From: Candidatus Eiseniibacteriota bacterium
Lineage (GTDB): Bacteria > Eisenbacteria > RBG-16-71-46
DNA: 64,000 nucleotides
Assembly (NCBI GenBank): GCA_963717505.1
Contig: OY970342.1
Coordinates: 1,504,001-1,568,000 of the forward strand
Reading direction: 5' to 3'
The notes beneath the pieces are model-generated. The model had not been told where the DNA came from. It worked only from the letters and a program-made list of their open reading frames with translations, and ran no database searches. The translations under genes and the position numbers were made by a program. Positions 57,151 through 64,000 of this stretch are shown in pieces (the stretch's first letter is position 1; every line of letters begins with the position of its first letter).

Positions 57151-58284
57151 ATGCCCGAGGATTCCGGCCGTTCCGGCGCCACACCGGACTGGCGCGATGT
57201 CGGCGCCGAGTCGGATCTGGCCGCGCGTCCACTTCGCCAGATCACGTTCGATCGGGTGCGCATTGCGCTGATCAGCAAGGACGGCGAGTTCAGCGCGATC
57301 TCGGGAGTCTGCAACCACGTCGGCGGGCCGCTCGGCGAGGGAACGCTGGAGGGCGACTACGTCGTCTGCCCGTGGCACCAGTACCGCTTCCACCGTCGCA
57401 GCGGCGAAGGCGAGCCCGGCTACGAAGCCGATCGAGTGCCGTCGCACGAGGTCCGGGTCGAAGGCGGCCGCGTGTTGGTGAACGTGATCCCGGCGACCAC
57501 CCGCCACAAGCTGCGCCACGAACCGCATCCGCTCACCCAAATCACGCCGCGCGGCGCGCCCGGCGGTCCGGCGCTCGATGCGCCCCTCCGGGTAGTCGGG
57601 ATCTCGACCACCCAGATGAACCCGAAGTACCCGCGCTTTTCGACCTCGGAGCACCTGCTCGAAACCGGGCTCGCGCATGCGCAACGGGAGCTGTCGGTCG
57701 AGACGAGGGTGATCCGGCTGCGCGATCTCAAGTTCCGTCCCTGCGAGGGGTACTACTCGATCAGTGCCCACGCCTGCACCTGGCCGTGCTCGATCACCCA
57801 GATGGATCCCAACGACCAGCTCGACCGAGTCTACGAAGCGTTCGTCCAGTGGGCCGACATCTTCGTGATCGCGACCCCGATTCGCTGGGGCTCGGCCAGC
57901 TCGCTCTACTACAAGATGGTCGAGCGGATGAACTGCATCCAGAATCAGGAGACGATCGCGAACCGCATCTTGCTCCGGAACAAAGTGGTCGCATTCATCG
58001 TCACCGGCGGGCAGGACAACGTGCAGGCGGTGGTCGGGCAGATGATGAGCTTCTTCGGCGAGCTCGGCTGCCAGTTCCCGCAGTTTCCGTTCATCGCCCA
58101 TTCCCGCGGCTGGTCGGCCGAGGACATGGAGGCCAACGTCGCGGCGGTCCGCGCCAGCGACGAGCTGCGCACCGCCGCGTGCGAGCTGGTGGGGCGTTGC
58201 GTCGACACCGCGAACGCGCTGATCGGGCGCCGGATCGGCTCCGAGCGCGTGTCGAGAGGCGGCCGCAAGGCCGGATCGATGTAA
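57151..58284 (+). CDS. Rieske [2Fe-2S] + flavodoxin-like (NAD(P)H-dependent FMN reductase/ISF) fusion
   Basis: CNH...CPWH Rieske motif, followed by PCEGYYS..CTWPC and ATPIRWG. Confidence 0.85.
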   Translation: MPEDSGRSGATPDWRDVGAESDLAARPLRQITFDRVRIALISKDGEFSAISGVCNHVGGPLGEGTLEGDYVVCPWHQYRFHRRSGEGEPGYEADRVPSHEVRVEGGRVLVNVIPATTRHKLRHEPHPLTQITPRGAPGGPALDAPLRVVGISTTQMNPKYPRFSTSEHLLETGLAHAQRELSVETRVIRLRDLKFRPCEGYYSISAHACTWPCSITQMDPNDQLDRVYEAFVQWADIFVIATPIRWGSASSLYYKMVERMNCIQNQETIANRILLRNKVVAFIVTGGQDNVQAVVGQMMSFFGELGCQFPQFPFIAHSRGWSAEDMEANVAAVRASDELRTAACELVGRCVDTANALIGRRIGSERVSRGGRKAGSM

Positions 58285-58294
58285 CGACCTTGCG

Positions 58295-58669
58295 TCAGGC
58301 GCTCAGCACCACGCGCGCCCGCTCGACGTGGGCCTCCGGCACCAGCAGGTAGTCGGTGTCGAAAGTCGAGATTGCGAACACCGGAATCCCGTTCGCCGCC
58401 AGCACCGACGTGAACCCCGCGATCACGCCGGTCTCGCCGAACGGGATCGGGCCCTCGACTTCGAACGCGCGCCAGCCCCGTTCTGCGGTCACGCCCGCCG
58501 GCACTTCGGCCTCGGGACACACGACCGAGACTTCATGCGGTGTTCGCGTCACGGACCTGAGGGCGGGCGGGTCTTTCACCGCCACGACCGCCTCCGTGCC
58601 GGCCGAGTTCGCGGGGTCCATCCGGCCTACGGCGTAGCGACCTGCGAGCAGCGTCACATGGCGAGGCAT
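58295..58669 (-). CDS. ACT-domain protein (CASTOR/ACT_7 type)
   Basis: TRTPHEVSVVC, GWRAFEV and AISTFDTDYLLV motifs. Confidence 0.88.
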   Translation of the reverse strand: MPRHVTLLAGRYAVGRMDPANSAGTEAVVAVKDPPALRSVTRTPHEVSVVCPEAEVPAGVTAERGWRAFEVEGPIPFGETGVIAGFTSVLAANGIPVFAISTFDTDYLLVPEAHVERARVVLSA

Positions 58670-58826
58670 CGAACCTCACGATCGCGGCCCCGGTGGCGCC
58701 ACGTGCGAACGCCTACCCTTCGTCGTACACTTGTCGGCGCGAAACGCATGACCCCATCGTAACCCCGCGATCCGTTCTGTACAGCCTCGCCGCGGCAAAT
58801 CCGCGCCTGCCCACGGAGCCCTGCCC

Positions 58827-60212
58827 ATGGATGCCCTGACTCGGTACCTCGACGACCATCGCGAGCAATTCCTCGACGACCTGAAGGCCGTGCTGCGGAT
58901 CCCCAGTGTCAGTGCGCAGCCGGATCACAAGGGTGACGTCGCTGCCTGCGCCAGGCACATTGGCGACCACTTGAAGAAACTCGGCGTGACTCGAGTCGAA
59001 GTCGTGCCGACCGCGGGCCACCCGGTGGTGTACGCAGAGTGGCTGGGCGCCCCGGGCAAGCCGACGGTCCTGCTCTATGGGCATTATGACGTGCAGCCGG
59101 TCGAGCCGCTCGATCTGTGGAAGAGCCCGCCGTTCGAGCCGACGCTGCGTGACGGCAAGCTGTACGCGCGCGGCGCGGTCGACGACAAGGGCCAAGTGTA
59201 CATGCACCTGGCGGCGGTCGAGGCGCTGTTCAAGACGCACGGCTCGCTGCCGGTCAACCTGAAGATGGTGATCGAGGGTGAAGAAGAAGTGGGTAGCGTG
59301 CATCTCGAGGCCTTCCTGCGCGAACGCCGGAAGCAGCTCGATGCCGACGTCATCGTGGTCAGCGACACCGGTATGCTCGGACCCGACCAGCCGACGCTGA
59401 CCTTCGGCCTACGCGGCATCCTGTACACGCAGATCGAGGTCACCGGACCCGGGCACGATCTGCACTCCGGGCACTTCGGCGGCGCGGTCACCAATCCAGC
59501 GAACGCGTTGTGCGCGATCATCGCTGGGCTCAAGGACGCCGATGGCAAGGTGACGGTGCCAGGTTTCTACGACAAAGTGCGGCCGGTGTCAGCGCGCGAG
59601 CGCGAGCTGTCGGCGGTGGCACCGTTCGACGAGCGCGCGTTCATCGCCGAGAGCGGTGCTCCGGAACCCGTCGGTGAGCGCGGGTTCACGACCCGGGAGC
59701 GCATCTCGGTGCGTCCGACCCTGGACGTGAATGGCATGTGGAGCGGTTACATCGGCGAAGGCGCCAAGACCGTGCTGCCGTCGTTCGCCGCGGCCAAGGT
59801 CAGCATGCGCCTGGTGCCCGACCAGAGTCCCGAGGAGCTGTTTCCCAAGTTCGAGGCGCAGGTGCGCAAGCTCGCGCCAGCCGGGGTGACGGTCGAGATC
59901 AAGGGACACCACGGGGCACCGCCGTTCCTCACCGATCCCGATGACCCGATGCTCGAGTGTGCCCGCCGCGCGCTGTCGCGCGCCTGGTCCAAGCCGGTGG
60001 CGATGATCCGTGAAGGTGGCTCGATCCCGGTGATGACGACGTTCCAGCAAACGCACGCGGGCGTGCCGGCGATTCTCATGGGCTTCGGGCTCGACGACGA
60101 CAACGTGCACGCACCGAACGAGAAGTTTTCGCTGACCTCGTTCCACGGCGGGACCAAGAGCGTCGCGTATCTCTACCAGGAGCTGGCCGCGGCGGTCCCG
60201 GCGGTGCGGTGA
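58827..60212 (+). CDS. M20 family dipeptidase
   Basis: YGHYDVQP, RGAVDDKG, EGEEE, DLHSG and HAPNE motifs. Confidence 0.93.
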   Translation: MDALTRYLDDHREQFLDDLKAVLRIPSVSAQPDHKGDVAACARHIGDHLKKLGVTRVEVVPTAGHPVVYAEWLGAPGKPTVLLYGHYDVQPVEPLDLWKSPPFEPTLRDGKLYARGAVDDKGQVYMHLAAVEALFKTHGSLPVNLKMVIEGEEEVGSVHLEAFLRERRKQLDADVIVVSDTGMLGPDQPTLTFGLRGILYTQIEVTGPGHDLHSGHFGGAVTNPANALCAIIAGLKDADGKVTVPGFYDKVRPVSARERELSAVAPFDERAFIAESGAPEPVGERGFTTRERISVRPTLDVNGMWSGYIGEGAKTVLPSFAAAKVSMRLVPDQSPEELFPKFEAQVRKLAPAGVTVEIKGHHGAPPFLTDPDDPMLECARRALSRAWSKPVAMIREGGSIPVMTTFQQTHAGVPAILMGFGLDDDNVHAPNEKFSLTSFHGGTKSVAYLYQELAAAVPAVR

Positions 60213-61183
60213 GGCGTTTCGTCGCGATCGTTCTCATGGTCGCGGCCGCAGCGACGTCGGCTCACGCTGCCGATCGCAATTCTCTGGTGGTGCGCGGCGT
60301 GGTCGTGGACGTTGCGGGCGATCCCATGGCGAAGGCGCGCGTGTTTCTCGAGGGACCGCATCCCGCGGCCGCCGGGGTCGACGAGAACGGGCGCTACACG
60401 CTCAAGATCCCGGTTGCCGACTGGTCGGCACTCGAGCGCGAGCCGCTGGCACTCTGGGTCGACGCCGGACGCACCGACTGGACGTTCAATCTGGCGAACG
60501 GCGGCCCGGCGCTGCGCCTCGAGATTCGGGCACGCCGCGACAGCGCCGGGGCCAGGCGTTGCGTGATTCGCTCGAACGACACCGAGGTCACGGCGAAGCT
60601 CGCGGAGGGAGTCGCCCGGCGCGGCGCGCTGCGCGACACGATCGAGTTGCGCTTCGTCGGCACCGCCGGCCCCGATCCGGGTTTTCGCGACCTGCCGATG
60701 TTCTCGATGGAAGACGTCGCGGTTGCCGCCGCGCCGGTCGTGGCGGTGGCGAAGCCGAAGGCGACCACGAACCCGCCGCCCGCGCCGCCCCCCACAGCCA
60801 ACTCTTCCGACTCACTGGTTGCGATCGTCGTGATTCGACCGGGCGACACGGTCGCGGTTCAGCCACCGCCGCCGCCGGCGCCGAGCGAAACCTGCGAGTG
60901 CCGGATCGAAGGCATGGTCGAGGTCCGCTCGGGTGCGCCGCTCACAGGACGCACACCGGTGGTGTTCTGGCTCGAGAGCAATCCCGCCGAGCGTGACTCG
61001 GTCGAACTGTTCATGGGCTCGCCACGGCCTTTCACGCTTACGGCGAGGGGGTGTGGGACGCACCGGGTGCGCTACGAGGTGCGTGGCCGACAGCGATTCA
61101 ACCTGGCATCGCCGGACCCGGTGATCGATTGCGTCGGTCAGCGCACGCGGCAGGTCCGTATCGTTCTGGCGCCGCCGCGCTGA
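60209..61183 (+). CDS. Secreted protein with carboxypeptidase-regulatory-like domain
   Basis: Signal peptide, VRGVVVDVAGDPM...DENGRY, Pro-rich linker and Cys-containing C-terminal domain. Confidence 0.65.
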   Translation: MRRFVAIVLMVAAAATSAHAADRNSLVVRGVVVDVAGDPMAKARVFLEGPHPAAAGVDENGRYTLKIPVADWSALEREPLALWVDAGRTDWTFNLANGGPALRLEIRARRDSAGARRCVIRSNDTEVTAKLAEGVARRGALRDTIELRFVGTAGPDPGFRDLPMFSMEDVAVAAAPVVAVAKPKATTNPPPAPPPTANSSDSLVAIVVIRPGDTVAVQPPPPPAPSETCECRIEGMVEVRSGAPLTGRTPVVFWLESNPAERDSVELFMGSPRPFTLTARGCGTHRVRYEVRGRQRFNLASPDPVIDCVGQRTRQVRIVLAPPR

Positions 61184-61196
61184 CATCCTCGACGCC

Positions 61197-62744
61197 ATGG
61201 CCGCCGCCGAACTGCCCGCGATCGATCCGGAGGACGTCGAAGCACTGACGCGACGCCTGGTCGCGATTCGCAGCGTCAGCCCGGATCCGGAAGGCGAAGC
61301 CCAGTGCGGGGACGCCCTGGCCTCGCAGCTGCCGGCGGACATTCCGCACGGTGCCTGGTCGACGCGCGACGGCCGCCCGGTGATTTGGGCAATGGCCCGC
61401 GGGCGCACCGCGCGCACCGTCATCCTGCTCGGTCACTACGACACTGTAGGGGTCGACGAGTTCGCGGCGCTGGACGACGATCGTGACGCACAGATCGCGT
61501 TCGATCCGAAGCGCCTGCGCGCGACGATGCTCGAGCGACAGGCCCGTGGATTGCCGCTGCCCGCCGACATGGCCGCCGACCTCGAGGAGGAAGTGCGGGC
61601 GCCGGGCTCCTGGATGTTCGGGCGCGGTGCGCTCGACATGAAGTCCGGCCTCGCCGCGGGCGTCCATGCGCTCGAGGCACTCTCGCGCACCCGCCTCGAC
61701 GGCAACGTGTTGTTCGTCGCGACCCCCGACGAAGAGCATGCTTCGACCGGCATGAGCGTCGCCGCGCACGAGCTGGTGCGATTGCGTGAGGCGCGCGGGC
61801 TCGACTACGCGGGCGTGCTCAATCTGGACTATGCCCCCGAGCCCTGCGGCTTCCACGGTCTGATGGGCAAGAGGGCGGTGGGCTGCCTGGTGCTCGGGAC
61901 GCCGGCCCACGCCGGGGCGCCGGGTGAGGGCGTTGATGCCGCGCAGCTCGCAGCCGCGATCGCCCTGGGTGCGACCACGACGCCACTCACCGGGCTCGCG
62001 GAACCTGGATTCGGCGGTCGCGTGCCTTTGGCGACGCTCATTCAACTCCGCGACCTCAAGCACACGTACGACGCGCAAACCACGGCCGAGGCGATCGTCG
62101 AGCTGAACCTGATCTCGAGCGCCGAAGAGTCGGCATGGGCGCTCAACGTGGTGCGCGCGGTGGTCACCGTGGCGTGCAGAGCGTGGGCGAACACCGTGCG
62201 CAGCGCCGGCGGGCAGGCGCCGCCGGTCGAGGTGCACCTGATTTCGGAGTTGGACGACTCTCCGAGGTCATCCGGGTCGAGCGAGGCGGCGCTGGTCGCC
62301 GCGCGGGCGCGAACCCTCGAGAGCGTGCGCCGGAGTGTCGCGCACGTGACACGGCCCGCGGTCGTGCTGTTCCTGTTCCCGCCCTACTACCCCGCGGCCG
62401 CGCCGCGCGAGAGTTCGGTGGCGCTCGCGGCGGGCGGCGTCCTCGATCGCGAGGGACTCCCGATGCGCGGCCGCTACCCTTACATCAGCGACGCCTCGTA
62501 CGTGTCGTGGCGGGGCGAGCCGGTCGAGGAGATCGCTCGTCACTTGCCGGTGCTGGGCGGGCTCTACCGCGTACCGCATGCGGCAGCGGCTGCACTCGAC
62601 CTCGACGTCGTCAACGTCGGCCCATGGGGTCGTGGCGCGCACGGGCTCTACGAGCGTGTGAACGCGCGGTATGCGTTTGGCAGGCTGCCCGGGCTGATTG
62701 CCGAAATTGCGGCACGTGCTTGCAGCCCGGGGGAGCCGAAGTGA
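61197..62744 (+). CDS. RocB-like M20 peptidase
   Basis: GHYDTVG, FGRGALDMKSG, TPDEE, PYISDASY and GPWGRGAH motifs. Confidence 0.85.
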   Translation: MAAAELPAIDPEDVEALTRRLVAIRSVSPDPEGEAQCGDALASQLPADIPHGAWSTRDGRPVIWAMARGRTARTVILLGHYDTVGVDEFAALDDDRDAQIAFDPKRLRATMLERQARGLPLPADMAADLEEEVRAPGSWMFGRGALDMKSGLAAGVHALEALSRTRLDGNVLFVATPDEEHASTGMSVAAHELVRLREARGLDYAGVLNLDYAPEPCGFHGLMGKRAVGCLVLGTPAHAGAPGEGVDAAQLAAAIALGATTTPLTGLAEPGFGGRVPLATLIQLRDLKHTYDAQTTAEAIVELNLISSAEESAWALNVVRAVVTVACRAWANTVRSAGGQAPPVEVHLISELDDSPRSSGSSEAALVAARARTLESVRRSVAHVTRPAVVLFLFPPYYPAAAPRESSVALAAGGVLDREGLPMRGRYPYISDASYVSWRGEPVEEIARHLPVLGGLYRVPHAAAAALDLDVVNVGPWGRGAHGLYERVNARYAFGRLPGLIAEIAARACSPGEPK

Positions 62745-62782
62745 TGATTCCCCGGTCCACCCGCTACCAAGGAGATTCTCGC

Positions 62783-63568
62783 ATGCGTCGAGTCACCGTT
62801 TTCGCGCTCGTCGTCACCCTGCTCGCGGTCGCCACCATCGCCCATGCCAAAGTCGTCACCCGCGAAATCGAGTACACGCAGGGCGAGACCACACTCGGAG
62901 GTTTTCTCGCCAAGGACGACGCCATCAAGGGCAAACGCCCCGGAGTGATCGTGGTGCACGAGTGGTGGGGTCACAACGAGCACGCGCGCAATGCCGCGAT
63001 GAAGCTGGCCGAGGCCGGCTATGTCGCGTTTGCGCTCGACATGTTCGGCAAGGGCAAGGTGACCACACATCCGGAAGAGGCCGAGAAGTTCGTGCAGGAA
63101 GCGATTGCGAATCTGGCGGAGATGTCCGCGCGGTTCGATGCCGCGCGCCAGCAGCTGCTCGCCGACCCGGACGTGAATCCCGAGAAGCTCGGTGCGATCG
63201 GCTATTGCTTCGGCGGCTCCGTGGTTCTCGGTCAGGTGCGTTCGGGCGCCGACCTCGATGCGGTCGCCACTTTTCATGCCGCGCTCGCGACCGAGCATCC
63301 TGCCGAGAAGGGCAAGGTGAAAGCCGAGATCCTGGTGCTCACCGGAGCGGCCGATGCCTGGATTCCGCTGGCGCAGGTCGAGGAGTTCCGCACGGAGATG
63401 ACGGCCGCCGGCGCCAAGTTCCGGATCGTGAGTTACCCGGGAGCCAAGCACAGCTTTAGCAACCCCAGTGCCGGAACGTACGGCATCGACAACCTCGTCT
63501 ACAACGCCGACGCCGCCAAGAAGTCGTGGGCGGAGATGCTCAAGATGTTCAAGAAGGCTTTGAAGTGA
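62783..63568 (+). CDS. Dienelactone hydrolase family protein (exported)
   Basis: Signal peptide, VHEWWG, GYCFGG nucleophile and YPGAKHSF. AAGGAG RBS. Confidence 0.92.
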   Translation: MRRVTVFALVVTLLAVATIAHAKVVTREIEYTQGETTLGGFLAKDDAIKGKRPGVIVVHEWWGHNEHARNAAMKLAEAGYVAFALDMFGKGKVTTHPEEAEKFVQEAIANLAEMSARFDAARQQLLADPDVNPEKLGAIGYCFGGSVVLGQVRSGADLDAVATFHAALATEHPAEKGKVKAEILVLTGAADAWIPLAQVEEFRTEMTAAGAKFRIVSYPGAKHSFSNPSAGTYGIDNLVYNADAAKKSWAEMLKMFKKALK

Positions 63569-63619
63569 GGGAATGACGTGCCCGGCGTCCTACCTTCCTG
63601 AGTCGGCTGGTCGTGCGCT

Positions 63620-64000
63620 TCAGTTCGACCGGTAGTTCCCGAACTTGAGCTCGACGCCGAAGTCCTGCTGCTTGAGCAGCGCCATCACGCCCTGCAGCTC
63701 GTCTTTGCTCGGCGACGACACACGCACCGTGTCGCCCTGAATCGACGCCTGCACTTTCTTGAGCTTGGCGTCTTTGATTGTCTTGGCGACCTCGCGCGCC
63801 ATATCGGCGGTGAGGCCATCCTGGATCGCGACCATCTGACGCGCGGTGCTGCCCAAGGCGGTTTCGACCTTGCCCGGACTCAGATTCTTGAGCGGTACCT
63901 GACGGCGCACCATCTTGGACTGCAATACGTCCCAGATCGCTTTGAGCTTGTACTCGTCAGGCGCGGTCAGCGTGATCGATTTCTCTTTCTGGTTGAGCTC
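63620..64000 (-). CDS. yajQ: YajQ family nucleotide-binding protein (5' end outside the window)
   Basis: KVQASIQGDTVRVS..KDELQ..FGNYR. Frame is open to the window edge. Confidence 0.92.
   Translation of the reverse strand, partial: ELNQKEKSITLTAPDEYKLKAIWDVLQSKMVRRQVPLKNLSPGKVETALGSTARQMVAIQDGLTADMAREVAKTIKDAKLKKVQASIQGDTVRVSSPSKDELQGVMALLKQQDFGVELKFGNYRSN

Overview
This is a GC-rich (roughly 65-70% by eye) chromosomal window from a diderm bacterium. Exported proteins with FlgD/T9SS-like C-terminal Ig tails, an OmpA protein, a TonB-dependent receptor and a CdaA suggest an FCB-related lineage such as Ca. Eisenbacteria (inference only). Core genes include beta-oxidation genes (acyl-CoA ligase, fadI/fadJ-like), tRNA(CAU)-tilS-hpt-ftsH, folP-cdaA, secDF, guaB, lemA-TPM, FNR-korA...korB, two M20 peptidases and yajQ. 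Highlights: (1) a 446-aa intein with HTH and LAGLIDADG domains inserted just after the FtsH pore loop, with codon-atypical flanks; (2) a three-gene pseudo-chemosensory operon (eroded MCP, CheA-shaped protein lacking the Hpt His and ATP-binding boxes, REC-GAF-dead HD protein) that shares divergent sigma54-type promoters with an unknown gene; (3) a secDF-linked cluster of uncharacterised envelope proteins; (4) a candidate structured small RNA downstream of ftsH; (5) a lower-GC islet with a tailspike-like beta-helix protein. No CRISPR array, rRNA, integrase or transposase was seen. All calls come from motif recognition by eye, not database searches.
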